Positions 41,641 through 52,619 of a stretch of DNA of 64,000 nucleotides are shown here, piece by piece. This DNA comes from Eledone cirrhosa (lineage: Eukaryota). The number at the start of each line of letters is the position of its first letter. The stretch's first letter is position 1. The stretch is from positions 51,398,001 to 51,462,000 of the forward strand of contig OZ024748.1 in assembly GCA_964016885.1 (NCBI GenBank). Direction: 5' to 3'. A model generated the notes under the pieces. The model saw only the letters and a list, made by a program, of their open reading frames with translations. It was not told the origin of the DNA and made no database searches. The translations under genes were made by a program, and so were the position numbers.

Positions 41641-41794
41641 AAAGACCCCAGCCCACTCTGTTAGCTGGTTATTTTGGTACCATGATAAAATCACACTGTC
41701 CATACTTAGCATAGAGGAAGGCCATGAAGCAGTAGAAACCAAGCCAAAATACAGAGCTGTATGAGCAATGTATCTTTTCTGGACAACACCTATC

Positions 41795-41898
41795 TTCATC
41801 ATCATCATAATCATTTTATGTCCACTTTGCCTGCTTGCAAGGGTGGGACTCGTCCTATTCTGCACAGCATCTCTCCACTCGTCACGGTCCTTATACAT
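41795..41898 (-). mobile_element. RTE LINE extreme 3' fragment
   Basis: Minus strand DRDEWRDAVQNRTSPT followed by a (GAT)n tail. Confidence 0.65.
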
Positions 41899-42014
41899 GA
41901 TATATATTTCGAATTCTAACCAGCATGCTAACTCTATATCACTGTCTAATTGCTTGTTGGCATTTAGGAAAGGTTTTAGGCACTACCATTGTTACTGTCA
42001 CACTATTTCTCACC

Positions 42015-45000
42015 ATGGAGACTGAAGCAGAAGGCTACCATTCTATTGTACAGCGGTTGGAGACTGAAGCCAAAGGCTACCATTCTATTGTACAGCGGTT
42101 GGAGACTGAAGCCAAAGGCTACCATTCTATTGTACAGCGGTTGGAGACTGAAGCCAAAGGCTACCATTCTATTGTACAGCAGTTGGAGACTGAAGCCAAA
42201 GGCTACCATTCTATTGTACAGCAGTTGGTGACTGAAGCCAAAGGCTACCATTCTATTGTACAGCGGTTGGAGACTGAAGCCAAAGGCTACCATTCTATTG
42301 TACAGCGGTTGGAGACTGAAGCCAAAGGCTACCATTCTATTGTACAGCAGTTGGAGACTGAAGCCAAAGGCTACCATTCTATTGTACAGCGGTTGGAGAC
42401 TGAAGCCAAAGGCTACCATTCTATTGTACAGCAGTTGGTGACTGAAGCCAAAGGCTACCATTCTATTGTACACCGGTTGGAGACTGAAGCCAAAGGCTAC
42501 CATTCTATTGTACAGCAGTTGGAGACTGAAGCCAAAGGCTACCATTCTATTGTACAGCAGTTGAAGACTGAAGCCAAAGGCTACCATTCTATTGTACAGC
42601 GGTTGGAGACTGAAGCCAAAGGCTACCATTCTATTGTACAGCAGTTGGAGACTGAAGCCAAAGGCTACCATTCTATTGTACAGCGGTTGGAGACTGAAGC
42701 CAAAGGCTACCATTCTATTGTACAGCAGTTGGAGACTGAAGCCAAAGGCTACCATTCTATTGTACAGCAGTTGAAGACTGAAGCCAAAGGCTACCATTCT
42801 ATTGTACAGCGGTTGGAGACTGAAGCCAAAGGCTACCATTCTATTGTACAGCGGTTGGAGACTGAAGCCAAAGGCTACCATTCTATTGTACAGCGGTTGG
42901 AGACTGAAGCCAAAGGCTACCATTCTATTGTACAGCAGTTGAAGACTGAAGCCAAAGGCTACCATTCTATTGTACAGCGGTTGGAGACTGAAGCCAAAGG
43001 CTACCATTCTATTGTACAGCGGTTGGAGACTGAAGCCAAAGGCTACCATTCTATTGTACAGCGGTTGGAGACTGAAGCCAAAGGCTACCATTCTATTGTA
43101 CAGCGGTTGGAGACTGAAGCCAAAGGCTACCATTCTATTGTACAGCAGTTGAAGACTGAAGCCAAAGGCTACCATTCTATTGTACAGCGGTTGGAGACTG
43201 AAGCCAAAGGCTACCATTCTATTGTACAGCGGTTGGAGACTGAAGCCAAAGGCTACCATTCTATTGTACAGCGGTTGGAGACTGAAGCCAAAGGCTACCA
43301 TTCTATTGTACAGCGGTTGGAGACTGAAGCCAAAGGCTACCATTCTATTGTACAGCGGTTGGAGACTGAAGCCAAAGGCTACCATTCTATTGTACAGCAG
43401 TTGAAGACTGAAGCCAAAGGCTACCATTCTATTGTACAGCGGTTGGAGACTGAAGCCAAAGGCTACCATTCTATTGTACAGCGGTTGGAGACTGAAGCCA
43501 AAGGCTACCATTCTATTGTACAGCGGTTGGAGACTGAAGCCAAAGGCTACCATTCTATTGTACAGCGGTTGGAGACTGAAGCCAAAGGCTACCATTCTAT
43601 TGTACAGCAGTTGAAGACTGAAGCCAAAGGCTACCATTCTATTGTACAGCAGTTGGAGACTGAAGCCAAAGGCTACCATTCTATTGTACAGCGGTTGGAG
43701 ACTGAAGCCAAAGGCTACCATTCTATTGTACAGCGGTTGGAGACTGAAGCCAAAGGCTACCATTCTATTGTACAGCGGTTGGAGACTGAAGCCAAAGGCT
43801 ACCATTCTATTGTACAGCGGTTGGAGACTGAAGCCAAAGGCTACCATTCTATTGTACAGCAGTTGAAGACTGAAGCCAAAGGCTACCATTCTATTGTACA
43901 GCGGTTGGAGACTGAAGCCAAAGGCTACCATTCTATTGTACAGCGGTTGGAGACTGAAGCCAAAGGCTACCATTCTATTGTACAGCGGTTGGAGACTGAA
44001 GCCAAAGGCTACCATTCTATTGTACAGCAGTTGAAGACTGAAGCCAAAGGCTACCATTCTATTGTACAGCGGTTGGAGACTGAAGCCAAAGGCTACCATT
44101 CTATTGTACAGCGGTTGGAGACTGAAGCCAAAGGCTACCATTCTATTGTACAGCGGTTGGAGACTGAAGCCAAAGGCTACCATTCTATTGTACAGCGGTT
44201 GGAGACTGAAGCCAAAGGCTACCATTCTATTGTACAGCAGTTGGAGACTGAAGCCAAAGGCTACCATTCTATTGTACAGCAGTTGGAGACTGAAGCCAAA
44301 GGCTACCATTCTATTGTACAGCGGTTGGAGACTGAAGCCAAAGGCTACCATTCTATTGTACAGCGGTTGGAGACTGAAGCCAAAGGCTACCATTCTATTG
44401 TACAGCGGTTGGAGACTGAAGCCAAAGGCTACCATTCTATTGTACAGCGGTTGGAGACTGAAGCCAAAGGCTACCATTCTATTGTACAGCGGTTGGAGAC
44501 TGAAGCCAAAGGCTACCATTCTATTGTACAGCAGTTGGAGACTGAAGCCAAAGGCTACCATTCTATTGTACAGCGGTTGGAGACTGAAGCCAAAGGCTAC
44601 CATTCTATTGTACAGCGGTTGGAGACTGAAGCCAAAGGCTACCATTCTATTGTACAGCAGTTGGAGACTGAAGCCAAAGGCTACCATTCTATTGTACAGC
44701 AGTTGGAGACTGAAGCCAAAGGCTACCATTCTATTGTACAGCGGTTGGAGACTGAAGCCAAAGGCTACCATTCTATTGTACAGCAGTTGGAGACTGAAGC
44801 CAAAGGCTACCATTCTATTGTACAGCAGTTGGAGACTGAAGCCAAAGGCTACCATTCTATTGTACAGCAGTTGGAGACTGAAGCCAAAGGCTACCATTCT
44901 ATTGTACAGCGGTTGGAGACTGAAGCCAAAGGCTACCATTCTATTGTACAGCGGTTGGAGACTGAAGCCAAAGGCTACCATTCTATTGTACAGCGGTTGG

Positions 45001-48000
45001 AGACTGAAGCCAAAGGCTACCATTCTATTGTACAGCGGTTGGAGACTGAAGCCAAAGGCTACCATTCTATTGTACAGCGGTTGGAGACTGAAGCCAAAGG
45101 CTACCATTCTATTGTACAGCGGTTGGAGACTGAAGCCAAAGGCTACCATTCTATTGTACAGCGGTTGGAGACTGAAGCCAAAGGCTACCATTCTATTGTA
45201 CACCGGTTGGAGACTGAAGCCAAAGGCTACCATTCTATTGTACAGCGGTTGGAGACTGAAGCCAAAGGCTACCATTCTATTGTACACCGGTTGGAGACTG
45301 AAGCCAAAGGCTACCATTCTATTGTACAGCGGTTGGAGACTGAAGCCAAAGGCTACCATTCTATTGTACAGCGGTTGGAGACTGAAGCCAAAGGCTACCA
45401 TTCTATTGTACAGCGGTTGGAGACTGAAGCCAAAGGCTACCATTCTATTGTACAGCGGTTGGAGACTGAAGCCAAAGGCTACCATTCTATTGTACAGCAG
45501 TTGGAGACTGAAGCCAAAGGCTACCATTCTATTGTACAGCGGTTGGAGACTGAAGCCAAAGGCTACCATTCTATTGTACACCGGTTGGAGACTGAAGCCA
45601 AAGGCTACCATTCTATTGTACAGCAGTTGGAGACTGAAGCCAAAGGCTACCATTCTATTGTACAGCGGTTGGAGACTGAAGCCAAAGGCTACCATTCTAT
45701 TGTACAGCGGTTGGAGACTGAAGCCAAAGGCTACCATTCTATTGTACACCGGTTGGAGACTGAAGCCAAAGGCTACCATTCTATTGTACAGCGGTTGGAG
45801 ACTGAAGCCAAAGGCTACCATTCTATTGTACACCGGTTGGAGACTGAAGCCAAAGGCTACCATTCTATTGTACAGCGGTTGGAGACTGAAGCCAAAGGCT
45901 ACCATTCTATTGTACAGCAGTTGGAGACTGAAGCCAAAGGCTACCATTCTATTGTACAGCGGTTGGAGACTGAAGCCAAAGGCTACCATTCTATTGTACA
46001 CCGGTTGGAGACTGAAGCCAAAGGCTACCATTCTATTGTACAGCAGTTGGAGACTGAAGCCAAAGGCTACCATTCTATTGTACAGCGGTTGGAGACTGAA
46101 GCCAAAGGCTACCATTCTATTGTACAGCAGTTGGAGACTGAAGCCAAAGGCTACCATTCTATTGTACAGCGGTTGGAGACTGAAGCCAAAGGCTACCATT
46201 CTATTGTACAGCGGTTGGAGACTGAAGCCAAAGGCTACCATTCTATTGTACACCGGTTGGAGACTGAAGCCAAAGGCTACCATTCTATTGTACAGCGGTT
46301 GGAGACTGAAGCCAAAGGCTACCATTCTATTGTACAGCGGTTGGAGACTGAAGCCAAAGGCTACCATTCTATTGTACAGCAGTTGGAGACTGAAGCCAAA
46401 GGCTACCATTCTATTGTACACCGGTTGGAGACTGAAGCCAAAGGCTACCATTCTATTGTACAGCAGTTGGAGACTGAAGCCAAAGGCTACCATTCTATTG
46501 TACAGCGGTTGGAGACTGAAGCCAAAGGCTACCATTCTATTGTACACCGGTTGGAGACTGAAGCCAAAGGCTACCATTCTATTGTACAGCAGTTGGAGAC
46601 TGAAGCCAAAGGCTACCATTCTATTGTACAGCGGTTGGAGACTGAAGCCAAAGGCTACCATTCTATTGTACACCGGTTGGAGACTGAAGCCAAAGGCTAC
46701 CATTCTATTGTACAGCAGTTGGAGACTGAAGCCAAAGGCTACCATTCTATTGTACAGCGGTTGGAGACTGAAGCCAAAGGCTACCATTCTATTGTACACC
46801 GGTTGGAGACTGAAGCCAAAGGCTACCATTCTATTGTACAGCAGTTGGAGACTGAAGCCAAAGGCTACCATTCTATTGTACAGCGGTTGGAGACTGAAGC
46901 CAAAGGCTACCATTCTATTGTACACCGGTTGGAGACTGAAGCCAAAGGCTACCATTCTATTGTACAGCAGTTGGAGACTGAAGCCAAAGGCTACCATTCT
47001 ATTGTACAGCGGTTGGAGACTGAAGCCAAAGGCTACCATTCTATTGTACACCGGTTGGAGACTGAAGCCAAAGGCTACCATTCTATTGTACAGCAGTTGG
47101 AGACTGAAGCCAAAGGCTACCATTCTATTGTACAGCAGTTGGAGACTGAAGCCAAAGGCTACCATTCTATTGTACACCGGTTGGAGACTGAAGCCAAAGG
47201 CTACCATTCTATTGTACAGCAGTTGGAGACTGAAGCCAAAGGCTACCATTCTATTGTACAGCAGTTGGAGACTGAAGCCAAAGGCTACCATTCTATTGTA
47301 CAGCAGTTGGAGACTGAAGCCAAAGGCTACCATTCTATTGTACACCGGTTGGAGACTGAAGCCAAAGGCTACCATTCTATTGTACAGCGGTTGGAGACTG
47401 AAGCCAAAGGCTACCATTCTATTGTACAGCGGTTGGAGACTGAAGCCAAAGGCTACCATTCTATTGTACAGCGGTTGGAGACTGAAGCCAAAGGCTACCA
47501 TTCTATTGTACACCGGTTGGAGACTGAAGCCAAAGGCTACCATTCTATTGTACAGCAGTTGGAGACTGAAGCCAAAGGCTACCATTCTATTGTACAGCGG
47601 TTGGAGACTGAAGCCAAAGGCTACCATTCTATTGTACAGCAGTTGGAGACTGAAGCCAAAGGCTACCATTCTATTGTACAGCAGTTGGAGACTGAAGCCA
47701 AAGGCTACCATTCTATTGTACAGCGGTTGGAGACTGAAGCCAAAGGCTACCATTCTATTGTACAGCAGTTGGAGACTGAAGCCAAAGGCTACCATTCTAT
47801 TGTACAGCAGTTGGAGACTGAAGCCAAAGGCTACCATTCTATTGTACAGCAGTTGGAGACTGAAGCCAAAGGCTACCATTCTATTGTACAGCGGTTGGAG
47901 ACTGAAGCCAAAGGCTACCATTCTATTGTACAGCGGTTGGAGACTGAAGCCAAAGGCTACCATTCTATTGTACAGCGGTTGGAGACTGAAGCCAAAGGCT

Positions 48001-51000
48001 ACCATTCTATTGTACAGCGGTTGGAGACTGAAGCCAAAGGCTACCATTCTATTGTACAGCGGTTGGAGACTGAAGCCAAAGGCTACCATTCTATTGTACA
48101 CCGGTTGGAGACTGAAGCCAAAGGCTACCATTCTATTGTACAGCGGTTGGAGACTGAAGCCAAAGGCTACCATTCTATTGTACAGCGGTTGGAGACTGAA
48201 GCCAAAGGCTACCATTCTATTGTACACCGGTTGGAGACTGAAGCCAAAGGCTACCATTCTATTGTACACCGGTTGGAGACTGAAGCCAAAGGCTACCATT
48301 CTATTGTACACCGGTTGGAGACTGAAGCCAAAGGCTACCATTCTATTGTACACCGGTTGGAGACTGAAGCCAAAGGCTACCATTCTATTGTACACCAGTT
48401 GGAGACTGAAGCCAAAGGCTACCATTCTATTGTACAGCGGTTGGAGACTGAAGCCAAAGGCTACCATTCTATTGTACACCGGTTGGAGACTGAAGCCAAA
48501 GGCTACCATTCTATTGTACACCGGTTGGAGACTGAAGCCAAAGGCTACCATTCTATTGTACACCAGTTGGAGACTGAAGCCAAAGGCTACCATTCTATTG
48601 TACAGCGGTTGGAGACTGAAGCCAAAGGCTACCATTCTATTGTACAGCAGTTGGAGACTGAAGCCAAAGGCTACCATTCTATTGTACAGCAGTTGGAGAC
48701 TGAAGCCAAAGGCTACCATTCTATTGTACAGCGGTTGGAGACTGAAGCCAAAGGCTACCATTCTATTGTACAGCGGTTGGTGACTGAAGCCAAAGGCTAC
48801 CATTCTATTGTACAGCGGTTGGAGACTGAAGCCAAAGGCTACCATTCTATTGTACAGCAGTTGGAGACTGAAGCCAAAGGCTACCATTCTATTGTACACC
48901 GGTTGGAGACTGAAGCCAAAGGCTACCATTCTATTGTACAGCAGTTGGAGACTGAAGCCAAAGGCTACCATTCTATTGTACAGCGGTTGGTGACTGAAGC
49001 CAAAGGCTACCATTCTATTGTACAGCAGTTGGAGACTGAAGCCAAAGGCTACCATTCTATTGTACAGCAGTTGGAGACTGAAGCCAAAGGCTACCATTCT
49101 ATTGTACAGCGGTTGGTGACTGAAGCCAAAGGCTACCATTCTATTGTACAGCAGTTGGAGACTGAAGCCAAAGGCTACCATTCTATTGTACAGCAGTTGG
49201 AGACTGAAGCCAAAGGCTACCATTCTATTGTACAGCGGTTGGAGACTGAAGCCAAAGGCTACCATTCTATTGTACAGCAGTTGGAGACTGAAGCCAAAGG
49301 CTACCATTCTATTGTACAGCAGTTGGAGACTGAAGCCAAAGGCTACCATTCTATTGTACAGCAGTTGGAGACTGAAGCCAAAGGCTACCATTCTATTGTA
49401 CAGCGGTTGGTGACTGAAGCCAAAGGCTACCATTCTATTGTACAGCAGTTGGAGACTGAAGCCAAAGGCTACCATTCTATTGTACAGCGGTTGGAGACTG
49501 AAGCCAAAGGCTACCATTCTATTGTACAGCGGTTGGAGACTGAAGCCAAAGGCTACCATTCTATTGTACAGCGGTTGGAGACTGAAGCCAAAGGCTACCA
49601 TTCTATTGTACAGCGGTTGGAGACTGAAGCCAAAGGCTACCATTCTATTGTACAGCGGTTGGAGACTGAAGCCAAAGGCTACCATTCTATTGTACAGCGG
49701 TTGGAGACTGAAGCCAAAGGCTACCATTCTATTGTACAGCAGTTGGAGACTGAAGCCAAAGGCTACCATTCTATTGTACAGCAGTTGGAGACTGAAGCCA
49801 AAGGCTACCATTCTATTGTACAGCGGTTGGAGACTGAAGCCAAAGGCTACTATTCTATTGTACAGCGGTTGGAGACTGAAGCCAAAGGCTACCATTCTAT
49901 TGTACAGCGGTTGGAGACTGAAGCCAAAGGCTACCATTCTATTGTACAGCAGTTGGAGACTGAAGCCAAAGGCTACCATTCTATTGTACAGCAGTTGGAG
50001 ACTGAAGCCAAAGGCTACCATTCTATTGTACAGCAGTTGGAGACTGAAGCCAAAGGCTACCATTCTATTGTACAGCGGTTGGAGACTGAAGCCAAAGGCT
50101 ACCATTCTATTGTACAGCGGTTGGAGACTGAAGCCAAAGGCTACCATTCTATTGTACAGCAGTTGGAGACTGAAGCCAAAGGCTACCATTCTATTGTACA
50201 GCAGTTGGAGACTGAAGCCAAAGGCTACCATTCTATTGTACAGCAGTTGGAGACTGAAGCCAAAGGCTACCATTCTATTGTACAGCGGTTGGAGACTGAA
50301 GCCAAAGGCTACCATTCTATTGTACAGCGGTTGGAGACTGAAGCCAAAGGCTACCATTCTATTGTACAGCAGTTGGAGACTGAAGCCAAAGGCTACCATT
50401 CTATTGTACAGCATTTGGAGACTGAAGCCAAAGGCTACCATTCTATTGTACAGCAGTTGGAGACTGAAGCCAAAGGCTACCATTCTATTGTACAGCGGTT
50501 GGAGACTGAAGCCAAAGGCTACCATTCTATTGTACAGCGGTTGGAGACTGAAGCCAAAGGCTACCATTCTATTGTACAGCAGTTGGAGACTGAAGCCAAA
50601 GGCTACCATTCTATTGTACAGCGGTTGGAGACTGAAGCCAAAGGCTACCATTCTATTGTACAGCGGTTGGAGACTGAAGCCAAAGGCTACCATTCTATTG
50701 TACAGCAGTTGGAGACTGAAGCCAAAGGCTACCATTCTATTGTACAGCAGTTGGAGACTGAAGCCAAAGGCTACCATTCTATTGTACAGCGGTTGGAGAC
50801 TGAAGCCAAAGGCTACCATTCTATTGTACAGCGGTTGGAGACTGAAGCCAAAGGCTACCATTCTATTGTACAGCGGTTGGAGACTGAAGCCAAAGGCTAC
50901 CATTCTATTGTACAGCAGTTGGAGACTGAAGCCAAAGGCTACCATTCTATTGTACAGCAGTTGGAGACTGAAGCCAAAGGCTACCATTCTATTGTACAGC

Positions 51001-52619
51001 AGTTGGAGACTGAAGCCAAAGGCTACCATTCTATTGTACAGCGGTTGGAGACTGAAGCCAAAGGCTACCATTCTATTGTACAGCGGTTGGAGACTGAAGC
51101 CAAAGGCTACCATTCTATTGTACAGCAGTTGGAGACTGAAGCCAAAGGCTACCATTCTATTGTACAGCAGTTGGAGACTGAAGCCAAAGGCTACCATTCT
51201 ATTGTACAGCAGTTGGAGACTGAAGCCAAAGGCTACCATTCTATTGTACAGCGGTTGGAGACTGAAGCCAAAGGCTACCATTCTATTGTACAGCGGTTGG
51301 AGACTGAAGCCAAAGGCTACCATTCTATTGTACAGCAGTTGGAGACTGAAGCCAAAGGCTACCATTCTATTGTACAGCAGTTGGAGACTGAAGCCAAAGG
51401 CTACCATTCTATTGTACAGCGGTTGGAGACTGAAGCCAAAGGCTACCATTCTATTGTACAGCGGTTGGAGACTGAAGCCAAAGGCTACCATTCTATTGTA
51501 CAGCAGTTGGAGACTGAAGCCAAAGGCTACCATTCTATTGTACAGCGGTTGGAGACTGAAGCCAAAGGCTACCATTCTATTGTACAGCAGTTGGAGACTG
51601 AAGCCAAAGGCTACCATTCTATTGTACAGCGGTTGGAGACTGAAGCCAAAGGCTACCATTCTATTGTACAGCGGTTGGAGACTGAAGCCAAAGGCTACCA
51701 TTCTATTGTACAGCAGTTGGAGACTGAAGCCAAAGGCTACCATTCTATTGTACAGCAGTTGGAGACTGAAGCCAAAGGCTACCATTCTATTGTACAGCAG
51801 TTGGAGACTGAAGCCAAAGGCTACCATTCTATTGTACAGCGGTTGGAGACTGAAGCCAAAGGCTACCATTCTATTGTACAGCGGTTGGAGACTGAAGCCA
51901 AAGGCTACCATTCTATTGTACAGCAGTTGGAGACTGAAGCCAAAGGCTACCATTCTATTGTACAGCAGTTGGAGACTGAAGCCAAAGGCTACCATTCTAT
52001 TGTACAGCGGTTGGAGACTGAAGCCAAAGGCTACCATTCTATTGTACAGCGGTTGGAGACTGAAGCCAAAGGCTACCATTCTATTGTACAGCGGTTGGAG
52101 ACTGAAGCCAAAGGCTACCATTCTATTGTACAGCAGTTGGAGACTGAAGCCAAAGGCTACCATTCTATTGTACAGCAGTTGGAGACTGAAGCCAAAGGCT
52201 ACCATTCTATTGTACAGCGGTTGGAGACTGAAGCCAAAGGCTACCATTCTATTGTACAGCGGTTGGAGACTGAAGCCAAAGGCTACCATTCTATTGTACA
52301 CCGGTTGGAGACTGAAGCCAAAGGCTACCATTCTATTGTACAGCGGTTGGAGACTGAAGCCAAAGGCTACCATTCTATTGTACAGCAGTTGGAGACTGAA
52401 GCCAAAGGCTACCATTCTATTGTACAGCGGTTGGAGACTGAAGCCAAAGGCTACCATTCTATTGTACAGCGGTTGGAGACTGAAGCCAAAGGCTACCATT
52501 CTATTGTACAGCGGTTGGAGACTGAAGCCAAAGGCTACCATTCTATTGTACAGCGGTTGGAGACTGAAGCCAAAGGCTACCATTCTATTGTACAGCAGTT
52601 GGAGACTGATTTTCTTTGA
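42015..52619 (+). CDS. Hypothetical 3534-aa repeat protein M(ETEAKGYHSIVQ[R/Q]L)x252-ETDFL; more likely an incidental ORF of the satellite
   Basis: ATG in CACCATGG context at the array start, stop just after the array, two-heptad pattern. Against: the opposite strand is equally open and all variants seen are non-synonymous. Confidence 0.12.
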   Translation: METEAEGYHSIVQRLETEAKGYHSIVQRLETEAKGYHSIVQRLETEAKGYHSIVQQLETEAKGYHSIVQQLVTEAKGYHSIVQRLETEAKGYHSIVQRLETEAKGYHSIVQQLETEAKGYHSIVQRLETEAKGYHSIVQQLVTEAKGYHSIVHRLETEAKGYHSIVQQLETEAKGYHSIVQQLKTEAKGYHSIVQRLETEAKGYHSIVQQLETEAKGYHSIVQRLETEAKGYHSIVQQLETEAKGYHSIVQQLKTEAKGYHSIVQRLETEAKGYHSIVQRLETEAKGYHSIVQRLETEAKGYHSIVQQLKTEAKGYHSIVQRLETEAKGYHSIVQRLETEAKGYHSIVQRLETEAKGYHSIVQRLETEAKGYHSIVQQLKTEAKGYHSIVQRLETEAKGYHSIVQRLETEAKGYHSIVQRLETEAKGYHSIVQRLETEAKGYHSIVQRLETEAKGYHSIVQQLKTEAKGYHSIVQRLETEAKGYHSIVQRLETEAKGYHSIVQRLETEAKGYHSIVQRLETEAKGYHSIVQQLKTEAKGYHSIVQQLETEAKGYHSIVQRLETEAKGYHSIVQRLETEAKGYHSIVQRLETEAKGYHSIVQRLETEAKGYHSIVQQLKTEAKGYHSIVQRLETEAKGYHSIVQRLETEAKGYHSIVQRLETEAKGYHSIVQQLKTEAKGYHSIVQRLETEAKGYHSIVQRLETEAKGYHSIVQRLETEAKGYHSIVQRLETEAKGYHSIVQQLETEAKGYHSIVQQLETEAKGYHSIVQRLETEAKGYHSIVQRLETEAKGYHSIVQRLETEAKGYHSIVQRLETEAKGYHSIVQRLETEAKGYHSIVQQLETEAKGYHSIVQRLETEAKGYHSIVQRLETEAKGYHSIVQQLETEAKGYHSIVQQLETEAKGYHSIVQRLETEAKGYHSIVQQLETEAKGYHSIVQQLETEAKGYHSIVQQLETEAKGYHSIVQRLETEAKGYHSIVQRLETEAKGYHSIVQRLETEAKGYHSIVQRLETEAKGYHSIVQRLETEAKGYHSIVQRLETEAKGYHSIVQRLETEAKGYHSIVHRLETEAKGYHSIVQRLETEAKGYHSIVHRLETEAKGYHSIVQRLETEAKGYHSIVQRLETEAKGYHSIVQRLETEAKGYHSIVQRLETEAKGYHSIVQQLETEAKGYHSIVQRLETEAKGYHSIVHRLETEAKGYHSIVQQLETEAKGYHSIVQRLETEAKGYHSIVQRLETEAKGYHSIVHRLETEAKGYHSIVQRLETEAKGYHSIVHRLETEAKGYHSIVQRLETEAKGYHSIVQQLETEAKGYHSIVQRLETEAKGYHSIVHRLETEAKGYHSIVQQLETEAKGYHSIVQRLETEAKGYHSIVQQLETEAKGYHSIVQRLETEAKGYHSIVQRLETEAKGYHSIVHRLETEAKGYHSIVQRLETEAKGYHSIVQRLETEAKGYHSIVQQLETEAKGYHSIVHRLETEAKGYHSIVQQLETEAKGYHSIVQRLETEAKGYHSIVHRLETEAKGYHSIVQQLETEAKGYHSIVQRLETEAKGYHSIVHRLETEAKGYHSIVQQLETEAKGYHSIVQRLETEAKGYHSIVHRLETEAKGYHSIVQQLETEAKGYHSIVQRLETEAKGYHSIVHRLETEAKGYHSIVQQLETEAKGYHSIVQRLETEAKGYHSIVHRLETEAKGYHSIVQQLETEAKGYHSIVQQLETEAKGYHSIVHRLETEAKGYHSIVQQLETEAKGYHSIVQQLETEAKGYHSIVQQLETEAKGYHSIVHRLETEAKGYHSIVQRLETEAKGYHSIVQRLETEAKGYHSIVQRLETEAKGYHSIVHRLETEAKGYHSIVQQLETEAKGYHSIVQRLETEAKGYHSIVQQLETEAKGYHSIVQQLETEAKGYHSIVQRLETEAKGYHSIVQQLETEAKGYHSIVQQLETEAKGYHSIVQQLETEAKGYHSIVQRLETEAKGYHSIVQRLETEAKGYHSIVQRLETEAKGYHSIVQRLETEAKGYHSIVQRLETEAKGYHSIVHRLETEAKGYHSIVQRLETEAKGYHSIVQRLETEAKGYHSIVHRLETEAKGYHSIVHRLETEAKGYHSIVHRLETEAKGYHSIVHRLETEAKGYHSIVHQLETEAKGYHSIVQRLETEAKGYHSIVHRLETEAKGYHSIVHRLETEAKGYHSIVHQLETEAKGYHSIVQRLETEAKGYHSIVQQLETEAKGYHSIVQQLETEAKGYHSIVQRLETEAKGYHSIVQRLVTEAKGYHSIVQRLETEAKGYHSIVQQLETEAKGYHSIVHRLETEAKGYHSIVQQLETEAKGYHSIVQRLVTEAKGYHSIVQQLETEAKGYHSIVQQLETEAKGYHSIVQRLVTEAKGYHSIVQQLETEAKGYHSIVQQLETEAKGYHSIVQRLETEAKGYHSIVQQLETEAKGYHSIVQQLETEAKGYHSIVQQLETEAKGYHSIVQRLVTEAKGYHSIVQQLETEAKGYHSIVQRLETEAKGYHSIVQRLETEAKGYHSIVQRLETEAKGYHSIVQRLETEAKGYHSIVQRLETEAKGYHSIVQRLETEAKGYHSIVQQLETEAKGYHSIVQQLETEAKGYHSIVQRLETEAKGYYSIVQRLETEAKGYHSIVQRLETEAKGYHSIVQQLETEAKGYHSIVQQLETEAKGYHSIVQQLETEAKGYHSIVQRLETEAKGYHSIVQRLETEAKGYHSIVQQLETEAKGYHSIVQQLETEAKGYHSIVQQLETEAKGYHSIVQRLETEAKGYHSIVQRLETEAKGYHSIVQQLETEAKGYHSIVQHLETEAKGYHSIVQQLETEAKGYHSIVQRLETEAKGYHSIVQRLETEAKGYHSIVQQLETEAKGYHSIVQRLETEAKGYHSIVQRLETEAKGYHSIVQQLETEAKGYHSIVQQLETEAKGYHSIVQRLETEAKGYHSIVQRLETEAKGYHSIVQRLETEAKGYHSIVQQLETEAKGYHSIVQQLETEAKGYHSIVQQLETEAKGYHSIVQRLETEAKGYHSIVQRLETEAKGYHSIVQQLETEAKGYHSIVQQLETEAKGYHSIVQQLETEAKGYHSIVQRLETEAKGYHSIVQRLETEAKGYHSIVQQLETEAKGYHSIVQQLETEAKGYHSIVQRLETEAKGYHSIVQRLETEAKGYHSIVQQLETEAKGYHSIVQRLETEAKGYHSIVQQLETEAKGYHSIVQRLETEAKGYHSIVQRLETEAKGYHSIVQQLETEAKGYHSIVQQLETEAKGYHSIVQQLETEAKGYHSIVQRLETEAKGYHSIVQRLETEAKGYHSIVQQLETEAKGYHSIVQQLETEAKGYHSIVQRLETEAKGYHSIVQRLETEAKGYHSIVQRLETEAKGYHSIVQQLETEAKGYHSIVQQLETEAKGYHSIVQRLETEAKGYHSIVQRLETEAKGYHSIVHRLETEAKGYHSIVQRLETEAKGYHSIVQQLETEAKGYHSIVQRLETEAKGYHSIVQRLETEAKGYHSIVQRLETEAKGYHSIVQRLETEAKGYHSIVQQLETDFL
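42016..52609. repeat. Tandem array of 252 x 42 bp: TGGAGACTGAAGCCAAAGGCTACCATTCTATTGTACAGCRGT
   Basis: First and last TGGAGACTGA start at 42016 and 52600 (10584 = 252 x 42). Register is unbroken and variation is confined to a few sites. Confidence 0.98.

Noticed and set aside
42016-42057. 42-bp unit as a hammerhead (CTGAAG + AGCC-AAA-GGCT hairpin)
   Set aside because: It lacks CUGANGA and GAAA; only a 4-bp hairpin is present.
42016-52609. CRISPR array
   Set aside because: Units are contiguous with no unique spacers, there are no cas genes, and the context is eukaryotic.
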